A DNA stretch of 64,000 nt from an uncultured delta proteobacterium (GTDB lineage: Bacteria; Desulfobacterota; Desulfomonilia; Desulfomonilales; Desulfomonilaceae), in assembly GCA_963789265.1 (NCBI GenBank), contig CAWBKB010000006.1, positions 384,001-448,000 on the forward strand, given 5' to 3'. A program made the position numbers and the translations under genes. Each line of letters begins with the position of its first letter. The stretch's first letter is position 1. This document shows, one piece after another, positions 29,643-40,499 of the stretch. The notes below the pieces were generated by a model. That model saw nothing but the letters and a program-made list of their open reading frames with translations, made no database searches and was not told the DNA's origin.

Positions 29643-31529
29643 ATGAAAACTAGTGTTTCGCTGTCCGAAGTTCATCGCACCGTATCAATTCCTGATGGAA
29701 AGCGCCTGCTGACACGTATGTTCGCCTTTTTCGGGCCCGCCTATTTGGTGAGTGTCGGCTATATGGATCCCGGCAATTGGGCGACCGATCTGGAGGGCGG
29801 ATCGAAGTTCGGTTATACGCTCATCTGGGTTCTGTTAGCATCCAACATCGCCGCGATAGTACTCCAAACTTTGGCCGCAAGGCTCGGAATTGTTACAGGC
29901 AGAGATTTGGCGCAGTCCTGTCGCGACCAGTACCCTCGTTCAGTTAATTACATGCTCTGGGTGTTGGCGGAAATTGGGATAGTGGCCTGCGATCTCGCGG
30001 AAGTGCTGGGAGGGGCAATCGGGATCAATCTCCTGTTCGGCATACCTCTCTTGTGGGGTGTAGTGCTTACAGGATTTGATGCGCTGCTCTTTCTGGCCAT
30101 TCAAAGTTTCGGGATTCGAAAATTCGAGAGTTTCATTCTGTCTTTGATTTTCACAATCGGTTTGTGCTTCGTATTTGAAATTTACTGGTCAGCTCCACAT
30201 TGGGGCGAGGCGGTCAAGGGTTTCGTCCCGAGTATACCCGCAGGAGCGCTTTACATTGTTGTCGGCATCATAGGAGCGACTGTGATGCCCCACAATTTGT
30301 ATCTGCATTCGGCTCTGGTACAAAGTCGAGCTTACAACACATCACCTGCAGGTAAACGACAGGCATGCCGTTTCAATTTTGTTGATTCCGCACTGGCTTT
30401 GAACGTCGCTTTTTTCATAAATGCGGCTATCCTGATCGTTTCCGCGGCAGCGTTCTACGGCAAGGGGACAGAGGTAACGGAACTCCAGCAGGCGCACAAG
30501 CTGCTCTCGCCTATGTTAGGGACAACTCTTGCGGGGGTCCTGTTTGCAATAGGTCTCATTTGCAGCGGCCAGGCCTCTACCATAACCGGTACTCTGGCAG
30601 GCCAGATTGTTATGGAGGGGTTTCTACATTTTAAGATCCGCCCGTTCTTAAGAAGATTAGTGACCCGTCTTCTAGCAATTGTACCGACAGTCTTGACGGT
30701 TCTGTTTATGGGTGCCGAGGGAAGCTACAAATTGTTGATCTTGAGCCAGGTCATCTTGAGTTTACAGCTCTCTTTTGCCATGATCCCACTTATCCATTTT
30801 ACCAACGACAAAAGGTTGATGGGGGATTTCGTCAACCGTTTCTGGCTAAAGATTCTCTCCTGGGCTGTGGCGCTCGGAATTCTAGGTCTGAATATTAAAC
30901 TCGTAAGCGATCAAATAGGAGAGTGGATACAATCCAGCCCAACGCCAACCTGGATATGGGCCACAATTGTGCCGCCGTTATGTATTCTCGGGCTGTTCCT
31001 CCTCTATATTTTTGTCCGACCCTTTATTCATCTGCCTGAAAAGGAGAAGCTTCCCGGATGGCGCACACTCAGTCATCTTATTCGCGCTGAAGAGGACAAG
31101 CTGGACCTGGAGGTGCACCGCTATAAGCGAATCGGGGTCGCTGTGGCGCACAACAAAGCAGATGAACGAGTCCTGAGCCATGCCCTGCCGGTTGCACGCC
31201 AGCACGATGCCTCACTCTATTTATTTCATGTAGTGGAAGGGGCGAGTAGCACGGTCTTCGGTGCTGACGCATTCGATGCCGAGACCAGACATGATGAAGA
31301 GTATCTCAGACAGCTCGCTGCCGCGCTCAACCACAGAGGGGTCGAAGTGGAGATTTTCTTGGGGTATGGAGAGGTGGCCAAGGAACTGATACGCATGGCT
31401 CAAGAGCAAGAAATTGATCTGTTGGTCATGGGCGGGCACGGACACAGGGGGCTCAGTGACCTTATATTCGGCAGCACCATCACGCCGGTGAGGCATGTTC
31501 TTGAAATACCCGTGCTTGTGGTCAGGTAG
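29643..31529 (+). CDS. mntH: Nramp Mn2+/Fe2+ transporter with C-terminal universal stress protein domain
   Basis: YMDPGNW, MPHNLYLHS; C-term VMGGHGHRGLSDLIFGST. Confidence 0.95.
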   Translation: MKTSVSLSEVHRTVSIPDGKRLLTRMFAFFGPAYLVSVGYMDPGNWATDLEGGSKFGYTLIWVLLASNIAAIVLQTLAARLGIVTGRDLAQSCRDQYPRSVNYMLWVLAEIGIVACDLAEVLGGAIGINLLFGIPLLWGVVLTGFDALLFLAIQSFGIRKFESFILSLIFTIGLCFVFEIYWSAPHWGEAVKGFVPSIPAGALYIVVGIIGATVMPHNLYLHSALVQSRAYNTSPAGKRQACRFNFVDSALALNVAFFINAAILIVSAAAFYGKGTEVTELQQAHKLLSPMLGTTLAGVLFAIGLICSGQASTITGTLAGQIVMEGFLHFKIRPFLRRLVTRLLAIVPTVLTVLFMGAEGSYKLLILSQVILSLQLSFAMIPLIHFTNDKRLMGDFVNRFWLKILSWAVALGILGLNIKLVSDQIGEWIQSSPTPTWIWATIVPPLCILGLFLLYIFVRPFIHLPEKEKLPGWRTLSHLIRAEEDKLDLEVHRYKRIGVAVAHNKADERVLSHALPVARQHDASLYLFHVVEGASSTVFGADAFDAETRHDEEYLRQLAAALNHRGVEVEIFLGYGEVAKELIRMAQEQEIDLLVMGGHGHRGLSDLIFGSTITPVRHVLEIPVLVVR

Positions 31530-31655
31530 AATTTAAAGGCACTCGCCGCGAAGGAAGACAAAGCCCACTACGGCTGCTGAAACTCCGGTTGATCGCCGCG
31601 CAGTCCGTACCCCGCCTTGCTCTCACCCAGTCGGGAGCCTTTTTCGAAATCTCGC

Positions 31656-32466
31656 CTAAGATTTCAGCATTGCCAGAAAAATCAAAGGCGCGATGGCAAT
31701 CCGATAAAACGCGTAAGGGACAAGGTTCCAGCGCTGAAGCAAAGCGATAAACGTCTTCACTGCGATAGAGGCTGACAAGAATGATACAATTATTCCAACC
31801 GTGAAACATCGGAATGTCAGAAGCGTGAAACAAGCTCCAATTCTTGTAGAGATCGAATATCGCGGCCGCGCTCAATATTGGAACAGCCGCGAGAAACGAA
31901 TATTCTGCAGCAATCCGGCGATCGAGACCGCAGAACAGACCCCCGACAATTGTAGAAGCTGAACGGGACATTCCAGGCCACAATGCCAAGCACTGAAAAA
32001 GCCCTATTTTTAGTGCATGCCCGTAGCTCACGCTATCTATCTGCTCAACTTGAGACTCCGGTTTATACCTCTCAGCCAGGAGTATTCCTATGCCGCCCAC
32101 ACCGAGGGCCGCGGCGACGGTAAGTGGGCCGAACAGATACTGTTTGATGAAGTGATGGGCAAAAGCCCCACAGATGACTGCCGGCACCGTGGTCAAGGCC
32201 AAAAGCGAAAGACCTCTCAGTCCCGAAAAATTTCCATCTTCCGCGTTCCGCCTGAATGGAATGAGCCTTACGAAACGAGGCCAGTACAAAACCACGACTG
32301 CTGAAATCGCTCCGATTTGGAGGAATACCTCAAAACATGTTGCTTTGGGTCCTGTAAAATCAAGCAGCGTACCGGCCAAAATGAGATGCCCGGCAGAAGA
32401 GACCGGCAAATATTCGGTCAAACCCAGCACTATTCCAAGGATTGCGGCAATCCAAAGCGCATTCAT
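31656..32466 (-). CDS. uppP: Undecaprenyl-diphosphatase, frameshift near 31805
   Basis: GLTEYLPVSSAGH, PGMSRSAST, AAEYSF; removing one base restores VPYAFYRI C-terminus and stop at 31656. Confidence 0.92.
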
Positions 32467-32784
32467 CGAATACTCCTTGTTACTGAAACCTCTTCAAATG
32501 ATGCCGACTACAAGCCGTTCTGCAGGCCCGTCGGGGATCACAATATGCCCCATCGAGATGTCGGACGCAATATCCTATCAGGATTCACATCAAAAGGAGG
32601 TTTTAGAGATGGTCTCGGATTGCCTTCGCGGAGGGATTTGGTTGCTGAAGAACCGATAGTAAAAGACAAGCGCGTACCGCGGAAGCGGTCTGATGTCGAT
32701 GCGCTTTCAAGCAAGTGTCGCCGTGCCCGTGTACGCGGCCATCCGGTAGGACCGGTTCCGCGAGACGCGAATCGCCGGCAGGGA

Positions 32785-32940
32785 GAAACTGTCTCAAAAC
32801 TCTTGAACTGGACGCAATCGTAACACGAAATTCCCTCACCCCAGCCCTCTGGGAGAGGGCCGGGGTGAGGGCACCGAAAATGCCTAGCAGGCCCAATCGT
32901 GGCACGATGGCGGTCATCAAAATAATTTTGAGACAGTTTC
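32785..32940. mobile_element. MITE type A, cargo shortened CCCTCACCC/GGGAGAGGG REP
   Basis: TIR GAAACTGTCTCAAAA...TTTTGAGACAGTTTC; duplication GGGA in loop of GCCGGCA-GGGA-CGCCGGC. Confidence 0.92.
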
Positions 32941-33174
32941 GGGACGCCGGCGCTACCGTGCCATTGGCAGCGTATTTGCGAAACGCTGTGCTGAGCGCCT
33001 TGGATGTGAGAGCACACTACACCCTTAAGCCAGAGCAAACAAATACCCAGCCCCATCTTGGCGCTTTCGAACCACACTGATCGGTGCCTCATGTGCCCGT
33101 GTTTCCGTACACGGTTACAGTACGACACCACGTCACGCGCCGCACCATTTCAGAGAAAGCAGCAGACCCGCAAC

Positions 33175-33480
33175 TTATTTGGGCTTTATCATTTCAGCCA
33201 TGGATTCAAGGGACTTGGCCACGAATGACCTGACTTCGTTGGAAGACTTGGCGGCCACATCATCCAGGGCCGAGGTAATGCCTTTAATCCTGCCGCGCGC
33301 TTCTTCCGCTACCGGTTTCAGCGCATTGATAAGCGATTCTTTCGCCTTTGCCACCGAGTCTTCCAGAGCAGCCCCGTACATGCCGGTAATCGGCGAGCTT
33401 TCCGAGGCCGGCCGCCAGTCGCTGAAAGGCTCAAATTTTCTTCTCCAAAGCTCTGGTCCCTGATTCTGAGTATCCATCAT
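33175..33480 (-). CDS. Hypothetical helical protein
   Basis: GAGGAG RBS, amphipathic helical composition. Confidence 0.55.
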   Translation of the reverse strand: MMDTQNQGPELWRRKFEPFSDWRPASESSPITGMYGAALEDSVAKAKESLINALKPVAEEARGRIKGITSALDDVAAKSSNEVRSFVAKSLESMAEMIKPK

Positions 33481-33627
33481 CTCTCTCCTCACGAGTTGCG
33501 AAGCCTCGTACACTACCAAAATTGCTTCATCCAGAAGTGGTTTTCACGAATTCCTGGGTCGTTTCTTTACGTCAGTTCAATATCCCGGCTTAATTTTATG
33601 AGACATCGTAATCCGCGTGATGTTTCA

Positions 33628-34296
33628 CTAATAGAGCAGAGGCAGCAGCAGCCAGCGTGTTTGTCTGCAATATACGGAATACCCCTCGCCAAACTCCTCT
33701 TGAAGAAATCTCTCCTCTGCCTGGATACGTGCAATAATCGCGACCAGCATGACAAGCAATAACAACAGCCCAATGCCGCCGCGAAAAATGAGACACCATC
33801 CCAGCGTACCCAGGATGAGCCCCGTGTAGCTGGGGTGACGGATCACACGATAAAGTCCGTCCATCTTCAGTTCGTGCTGCTCTTGCACAGTCACCAACCC
33901 GCTGAAACGATGACCCAATGCGAAAACGGCTGCAACTCGGATCATCCCGCCTATGAGGAAAAATGCGAGGCCCCAGTAGCGCACAGTGTCGCCGCCGATA
34001 GTCCACCAATTGTGGCGGTCCTCGTAAGGAAGGAGCAAGGCCATGATAAGAGGAACAATAATAAACGGAAACAAGACCCAACGATTGGAGGTCATTTCTC
34101 GCGGACCCGGGCTCAAACCGCTGGCCCCTGAAAAACAGAGCGCTACGCCGAAAACTATCGTTCCGATAGCGAGACCCGTCCGCGCGGGGTTAGCAAAGAA
34201 TCCTCGGAAATCCCCCCATGACGAGATAGCGAGAAAGAGCCACAGTAAACTACCACCGAAACCGACTGCAATAAACCGCGGATTAGTGCGCCGCAT
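33628..34296 (-). CDS. Isoprenylcysteine carboxyl methyltransferase family membrane protein
   Basis: GLYRVIRHPSYTG, RIQAEERFL..FG..Y..Y. Confidence 0.9.
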   Translation of the reverse strand: MRRTNPRFIAVGFGGSLLWLFLAISSWGDFRGFFANPARTGLAIGTIVFGVALCFSGASGLSPGPREMTSNRWVLFPFIIVPLIMALLLPYEDRHNWWTIGGDTVRYWGLAFFLIGGMIRVAAVFALGHRFSGLVTVQEQHELKMDGLYRVIRHPSYTGLILGTLGWCLIFRGGIGLLLLLVMLVAIIARIQAEERFLQEEFGEGYSVYCRQTRWLLLPLLY

Positions 34297-34678
34297 GCCG
34301 CCTCCCAAGATATGTACTATCCAGATACCAGCAAATAATCCCACGCCGCCTTGTGAACCCCATCGGGTTTTGTGGGTACCATGGATTCGCGTTCTAATCA
34401 ATAAGTCTTTAGTCTTACACCTTCCAGTAATAATGCTAAAAAGGATTCACCTCGAAGAGCGCCGAGATCCCAGAGATAGAGAATGTTCAAAACAAGATAA
34501 AGAGAGTCGGCTGGTTCACTTCTGGGGCCGACGCGGATATTCAGCGAACAGGCTGAATGCCATATCTGTTATCTGTAGAGCGGTCACGTCTGCTTTTGGC
34601 TCATGAAAAAACTTGCGTCAAGAGAAGACTCGCCCCGTCTCGACTACCTGAATCGTCTGCTTGCACGTACACCTTGAA

Positions 34679-35437
34679 TTATCCGGCAACACTCCGGCCA
34701 TGTTCGGCCATCGAATCTCGCACGACTCTCCTGAATTCCCAATAAAATGGCCTACTATGGAATTCGCGTAGCCTCTCCTCGTACTCTTTTTCCTGGAGAG
34801 ACGAAGGATCGTACTCCGGTGCGCTGTTGATTTGGTCTTGAGTTGCCGCCAAATAGATCTTTTTGTTCCGCCAATCAACTTCTTCGGTCCAGTTCGGCAA
34901 GACCAACACTTTCTTGCCCGATCCCCAGCGCTGCGTATCTATCACAATGTAATCAACCGTCCATTTTTCATCATCAATGACAAAATCTTCCACATGGCCG
35001 ATGTATCCGTCCCGGGCTTCCACATGAAAGCCGATTGCCTCATGAGTGCTTCTTAGCTGGACGTCCCCGGTCGCGGCATGAGCCGCCTCGGCAAGTTCAA
35101 CGCCCTTTTTCGGCATATCGCCTGTGGTGAACTGCCATCTGCAACAAGCATCCAGTTCGTGCAATGAGATTGTCGGTGCATCTTTCTCAATGGTTGGACT
35201 ATCCCTGATTTGCACCTTTGAAAGGCTTACGGGTACTGATTTCATCCTGGCGTTCAATTGCCCTAGAGCTGCCAAAGAAATGAGAACTTTTCTGCCCCGC
35301 AGCCATTCATGTGTGTCCACAATCAGATAGTGAATGATCCACGATTGAGGATCAAAGAAGAACCCTCGAATATGTCCGAGGCTACCGTCTGTTGCATCAA
35401 TTTCGTATCCTGCAAGATCGTTTATGCTATAGAGCAT
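34679..35437 (-). CDS. Tandem PRC-barrel domain protein
   Basis: Two repeats of G..I.A.DG..G.V.DF..D...W...Y..DT..W..G.KVL. Confidence 0.88.
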   Translation of the reverse strand: MLYSINDLAGYEIDATDGSLGHIRGFFFDPQSWIIHYLIVDTHEWLRGRKVLISLAALGQLNARMKSVPVSLSKVQIRDSPTIEKDAPTISLHELDACCRWQFTTGDMPKKGVELAEAAHAATGDVQLRSTHEAIGFHVEARDGYIGHVEDFVIDDEKWTVDYIVIDTQRWGSGKKVLVLPNWTEEVDWRNKKIYLAATQDQINSAPEYDPSSLQEKEYEERLREFHSRPFYWEFRRVVRDSMAEHGRSVAG

Positions 35438-35709
35438 TTTTCGTCTCCCGGTTGTCATCTTTTGAATGCACAACCTTCTAAAGAGCCTCTCTGCTGGCTG
35501 TTATGCAATTTTGTTCGACATGCGCCGCACATAACAAAAATCCAATCAAACTACTTTCTCAAGATTCCCGGTTACTTGTCCGACAGCATTTGGCTGTCCT
35601 GCACCTATTACTGCACTCGCCGCCTGTCCCCATCCATCATTAACAAAGTCATCCTCTTAATGGATGTCAAGTATCCAGGGGGCAACTCTTGCTTTTTGAT
35701 GCCGGAGAC

Positions 35710-35794
35710 CGCAGCATATATGGGACTCCATTAGTCCACCGTGAGCAGGATTGTGCAGGGCGAAAGGGGAAAAGGCAAGAAACAAGACCTGATC
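35710..35794 (+). repeat. Copy 1 of about 85-bp duplicated 3' end of a Y1/RAYT-type transposase
   Basis: Encodes AAYMGLH*STVSRIV; ends GCAAGAAACAAGACCTGATC. Confidence 0.6.
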
Positions 35795-35857
35795 GTTTGT
35801 TTCTGATGCTTTGCCTTCAGGTAGAGCGTGGTTAACCAGAGCGATTCGCATTTTCTC

Positions 35858-35923
35858 ATCTGTGGCAATCTGCGCAATCTGTGGGTTAGAAGAAATCCGC
35901 CGATTTCACAGATGGCCGCAGAT
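35858..35923. repeat. AATCTG(C/T)G tandem/inverted REP-like pair
   Basis: ATCTGTGGCAATCTGCGCAATCTGTGG ... CCGATTTCACAGATGGCCGCAGATT. Confidence 0.6.
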
Positions 35924-36037
35924 TGAGTAGACGGGCAAACGCATGCGATCAGAAGGCCCGCGACGGAGGCATTAAACCCATCTTCTACAGTTCTCATAAT
36001 CCTGGCGGCAGGTCTTTCTTTTTTTGCGGTGGAAGAT

Positions 36038-36123
36038 CGCAGCATATATGGGGCTCCATTACCCTACCGTGAGCAGGACAGTGCAAGGCGAAAGGGAAAA
36101 GGCAAGAAACAAGACCCGACCCC
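36038..36123 (+). repeat. Copy 2 of duplicated transposase 3' end
   Basis: Encodes IAAYMGLHYPTVSRTV..ARNKT; ends CAAGACCCGACCCC. Confidence 0.6.
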
Positions 36124-36386
36124 TTATATGCTTGCACAGGAGATAAACAGTCATCGGAGTGTTCTTCGGCCCTTTGTTACTGTTTACCTTGCTATCCCCG
36201 CACACATCTGGTAATGATAAAAACACAGATTCCTTTTGAAAAGTACGGGCTTACTGTTCGCAAATGGACTTCTCGTGTGGGCATATTGTGGCTGCATGCG
36301 AGTATGATCGGTGTGGGATACCCCGGTAAAGAGATTGCGACGGAATTTCAGAGACGGCCACCTCATAAGAGCACTTGGAGGGCACT

Positions 36387-36632
36387 ATGGTCTTTTTTAA
36401 TGATAGTGACGGAAAAAAACGCTATGGAACCGTAATAGCGTCTTTGGGAATTGACCCGAAAAAGGTTACCGGAAAGTACCTGGAATCTTTGAGTGCGGAG
36501 TTTGGGTGCATTTTCGAAAAAGGCGAATTGCTACTGTGGGTTCAAGCTGACGAAGAACGGGCGGAGCAAGTTTTCGAAATTTTAAGGAAAAGACATTTTC
36601 CATTCATGGGGAAGAGCAGAAAGATGGAGTAG
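36387..36632 (+). CDS. Small hypothetical protein
   Basis: GGAGG RBS; 3 nt before next gene. Confidence 0.5.
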   Translation: MVFFNDSDGKKRYGTVIASLGIDPKKVTGKYLESLSAEFGCIFEKGELLLWVQADEERAEQVFEILRKRHFPFMGKSRKME

Positions 36633-36635
36633 AGC

Positions 36636-36956
36636 ATGATATCGAGGCACTGGAAAGGAATTGCCAAGCCGGGCGAGGCTGATAACTACATCAAGCATCT
36701 CAGGACCAATACCTTCCCTGAACTGTCAAGAATTGAGGGCTTCATCAGAGCATCTATCCTTAAGAGGAAGGTTATTGAGGGAACAGAGTTTCTGATTATA
36801 ACTGACTGGGAATCGCTGGAAGCAATCGAACATTTTGCTGGCGTGCCTGCGGATATGGCGGTCGTTCCCCCAGTGGTCCAAGATATGATGATTGATTACG
36901 ACAAAAATGCTACCCATTACGAAGTTGTGGGAAGTTTTGGAAGCACAACCGTGTGA
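36636..36956 (+). CDS. ABM-like dimeric alpha/beta-barrel protein
   Basis: MISRHWKG..Y, TEFLIITDWESLEAIEHFAG, AVVPP, HYEV. Confidence 0.8.
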   Translation: MISRHWKGIAKPGEADNYIKHLRTNTFPELSRIEGFIRASILKRKVIEGTEFLIITDWESLEAIEHFAGVPADMAVVPPVVQDMMIDYDKNATHYEVVGSFGSTTV

Positions 36957-37017
36957 TTAAACTGCTCCGGTCAATGAACCTTCCTGCATCAGCCATGAAG
37001 GTCCGCATCTCCTCTAA

Positions 37018-37545
37018 TCAGAAGGCACCCCACGATTGCTTGCCCGGGATGTAGTAACTGGGGCAAATGAAGCGAAACATGTGAGCAATCTTTTTGATTT
37101 TTTCGAGCCTCGCTTCCCTGTCTGCGCCCATGGATGCAAGCAACTCGCCGAACAATTCGTCGAAGTAGGCTTCGGCCGCCTGTTTCCGATCAGCTTCGGT
37201 TTTGAATTCGATACGAATTTGCCGCAACTCGCCGCAATCCAGCCAGATTCCTCCGCAGGACGGACATTCGTCCACTTGGACCTGCCGCTTCACGCTGAAG
37301 TAATGTTGCATCATGGGAATCCCTTTGCATTTCGGGCAGTTCAACCGTAGTGCTCCGTTCCTGTGATTCCTCTTAATTCCTTCAATTTCGCCGAGGAGTT
37401 CTCCAGCGTCCTCATCCGGCTCGTCGACCTTCTGAACTTCAAAATTGTCACAAAAGATTCCCCCGCAGCCCGATTTGCATACGTCGAATTGAACAGGTCC
37501 CACCATAACTTGGTCAAGTTGGTCGCCGCAAACAGGACATCTCAT
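37018..37545 (-). CDS. Double zf-TFIIB Zn-ribbon protein
   Basis: CPVC..DVC..GCGGIFCD and CPKC..DECPSCGGIWLDCGEL. Confidence 0.85.
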   Translation of the reverse strand: MRCPVCGDQLDQVMVGPVQFDVCKSGCGGIFCDNFEVQKVDEPDEDAGELLGEIEGIKRNHRNGALRLNCPKCKGIPMMQHYFSVKRQVQVDECPSCGGIWLDCGELRQIRIEFKTEADRKQAAEAYFDELFGELLASMGADREARLEKIKKIAHMFRFICPSYYIPGKQSWGAF

Positions 37546-37874
37546 TTCTTGGCCCTCCACGTGGCTACGATGTCTGGGTATCCGTGGATTCTGCGTGACT
37601 CTCAGCGAGTCATTGACGCTGCGCGAAGTCAGGTAATGCCAATGGTCTCGCAGTCACAATCAAGAAAACCCTTCAGCATGTCACTAGCACACGTGACTGG
37701 ACGATTCAACGAATTTGTCCACAGCGGATTGAACCTCCGCTGCCATCACCTCAAGAGTTGGGATTGCGAAGTCGCACCTGGTATCTTCGCAAACCATGTC
37801 GCAAAGAATGCGGCGGAACGCGAATCTCTTTGGAAGCTTGCCAATCATGAAGCCGCTGTTTTGACATCCTGGAT

Positions 37875-37975
37875 TATATTGTCTCAGAACAGTGTTGATG
37901 TCCGGACTGTGTCGCTGCGGTCAGCAGGCGTTGAAGCACCGGCTCACTCTCAAGCACCTCGATGGGGCTCAAATG
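37875..37975. mobile_element. Degenerate copy of the 22233-type MITE A
   Basis: TGTCTCAGAACAGTGTTGATG and ACTCTCAAGCACCTCGATGGGGCTCAAAT align with 22238-22333. Confidence 0.6.
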
Positions 37976-38188
37976 GTGAGTGTCCGGGCCGGATGTTCGA
38001 TGTTCGGCATGTAATGCAGTGCCGAGAGAGAAATCATCGTGCCACGAATTTCAGTGACGAGAAATCCGCCAATTTCGTACCCAGCATGGACAATACCTAC
38101 CTTTATGTAGGCAATCGCTACCTGCTGCATTGATGGTCTCCGCCATAATATACCAATATTACACCAACTAACTGGGCTTCACCTTTCT

Positions 38189-38205
38189 TTGGCACACACT
38201 TCGCA
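38189..38205 (+). promoter_or_regulatory. Sigma54 -24/-12 promoter upstream of nifV remnant/nifA
   Basis: TTGGCAC-ACACT-TCGCA. Confidence 0.7.
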
Positions 38206-38359
38206 ATGTTCCGCGCCAAAAGGGGCCTCGACATCGGAAGAGTCGGCCGGGGCGGACCAACGCCTCTGACTGCACGCGCATAGAGTTTCGAGTGAGCAAT
38301 TACTGAGGTGAAGTCCCCCGAGGTCTTCAGCGTCGAGCCTATATTGTGGGCCCAGGTGA

Positions 38360-38620
38360 ATGATGAATCAGATCTTTACGACTGATACTATATTGCTATC
38401 AAGAAAACAGGCGGCAGGCGTAGCCTTTTCCAAGGACGAGAAGCTCGGTACGCTGAAAACAGTTAACGGGCTTGGAATCCGTGAAATTGAGTGCGGTATT
38501 TCGGCTACGGGAGATGAAAATCGGCATGCCGTCATGAGCATTATGAAACTGGGGCTCTCCGCACAATTATGACGTGGAACCGAGCCGTTATTTCACATGT
38601 CGAGGCATCCCTTGGTTGAG
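38360..38620 (+). pseudogene. nifV: Degenerate N-terminal remnant of homocitrate synthase
   Basis: TDTILLSRKQAAGVAFSKDEKL..GIREIECGI..L*TWNRA; DTTLRDGEQ motif eroded, in-frame stop, rest deleted. Confidence 0.7.
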
Positions 38621-38628
38621 GCTTCTCT

Positions 38629-40183
38629 ATGGTGAACGAGATGGACACAAAGGTAAATCAACTCGAATTAAAGGTCTTATACGACATAAGTCAGATCATC
38701 GGCCAGGCCCTGAATCTGGATCAAACTCTGGAAATAATCCTTGGGATTTTGTCCGAATATCTATCAATGAACAGGGCCACGATCACGCTGAAGGATGAGG
38801 AACAGGGCTTTCTCTCGATCAGAGCCTCCCACGGATTGCGGCCCAAAGAGAAGAAAAGGGGAGTTTACCGCCTTGATGAGGGGGTGACCGGGCTTATATT
38901 CCGAACCGCAGAGCCGGTTGTGGTCCCCGACATTAGCAAGGAGCCTCTCTTCCTAAATAAAACCGGCTCTAGGAAGATCGAGAAGGGGCAAATATCTTTT
39001 ATTGGGGTGCCAATCGGTACTGAACGGCAGGGCCGTGGGTGTCCTGAGCGTTGACCGCCTTTTCGGAGAAGACGTCTCCTTTGAGGAAGACATCCGGTTC
39101 CTGACTATTCTGGCCGCGTTTGTGGCTCAGCTTGTCAGTCTGAACGATCAGGTGAAGGTCAGGGAAGAGAATCTGATAAAGGCCAATCTGTCCCTGAAGG
39201 CGGAACTCTCAGAGAAGAGCAAGAATTTCTTCGCGGTGGGAACAAGCCCGACAATGTTCGAGGCACAACAGTTGATCAGGAAAGTGGCCCCCACCAAGGC
39301 CACCGTTCTTCTCCTGGGAGAATCGGGCACTGGGAAGACCCTGGTCGCCCGGATCATCCATGAGTTGAGCAGCAGGGCACGCTCTTCATTCATAAAGGTT
39401 AACTCCGCGGCGATTCCTGATAATCTTCTCGAGTCTGAGCTCTTCGGTTACGAGAAGGGTGCGTTCACCGGAGCCGTTGAATCAAAACTGGGCCGGGTTG
39501 AAGAAGCTGACGGCGGAACGATCTTCCTTGATGAAATAGGCGAACTCCCCATGCCTCTGCAGGTGAAGCTCTTGAGGTTTCTCCAGGACCGTGAATTCGA
39601 GCGCCTGGGAAGCACGAAGACGAGAACGGTGGATGTCAGGATTGTGGCAGCCACGAACAGGGACCTCAGCGGGGCAGCGGCTGACGGATCGTTTCGTGAA
39701 GACCTTTATTACAGGTTGAATGTATTTCCCATCAGAGTGCCGCCTCTCCGCGAGAGGAAAGAGGACATAATTCCCCTAATCAATTTCTTTTGCGCCAAAA
39801 TTTGCCGGGAGTACGGGTCGGGGCTCCAATTCACAAACTCGGCTCTCGATGCACTTGTAAGGTATTCCTGGCCCGGCAATGTGCGCGAAATGGAAAACTT
39901 GATTGAACGACTGGCCATAATATTCGATGAGGCCGTCATAGATCTCATGGACCTGTCGCCGTACCTGGTGCACGTGGAGAAAGAGCAGCAGATACCGAAT
40001 CGGAAGCTACTGGGTTCGCTCCGGGAAAGAGAAAGACAGGAAGTGCTGGACTCCCTGGAGCGAAACGACTGGGTCCAGTCTCACGCGGCACAGGAACTTG
40101 GCATAACATTAAGACAGATGGGCTACCGAGTGAAGAAATTCGGCCTGGAAGAATTTGTTAAGCAAAAGAAAGGTGCGGGGTAA
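38629..40183 (+). CDS. nifA: NifA-like sigma54 activator (GAF-AAA+-HTH), frameshift at about 39016
   Basis: GAF domain, GESGTGKT, GAFTGA, FLDEIGE, HTH; adjacent to nif cluster. Confidence 0.85.
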
Positions 40184-40210
40184 AGCCCGATCACGTTTGG
40201 GCGGCGGCCT

Positions 40211-40365
40211 CTACGAGAAAATGGCGGGATCGATGTCTTCAGGATAGCTGTATACCTTAATCCCAAGCCTATCGGCCAGCAACTGAGCCTTTGCGTCAAC
40301 CATTGGAGAAATCACTATTAGCTGCGTTGCTTTTGTATTATGCTTCCCTTCGTAAAATCTGACTC
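40211..40365 (-). pseudogene. C-terminal remnant of DUF3782/PD-(D/E)XK-like protein
   Basis: FYEGKHNTKATQLIVISPMVDAKAQLLADRLGIKVYS matches recalled 'liVISPmvd..A...A..lGi.vys'. Confidence 0.55.
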
Positions 40366-40499
40366 ATCTTCGACAGTGCCCCAAAATGGAGCACTGTCGC
40401 AGATGAGCAAGATGGGGGCGGCAATGGGCGGGGAGAAAAGATGAGACCTTTCCGAACAGAGGGGACCTTTTACGAGAAAAGTCCCCACCGCTCACATCC

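Noticed and set aside
32538..33131. ORFs spanning the 32.8-kb repeats (and similar ORFs at 13.2-13.6, 22.4-22.7, 44.6-44.9, 59.5-59.9 kb)
   Set aside because: They are translations of MITE/REP sequence
37363..38133. 256-aa plus-strand ORF
   Set aside because: Overlaps the antisense of the Zn-ribbon gene and a degenerate MITE; no recognisable motif
38210..38270. ANTAR-type twin-hairpin leader before nifV
   Set aside because: Only one weak CAAAAGG hairpin and no downstream terminator
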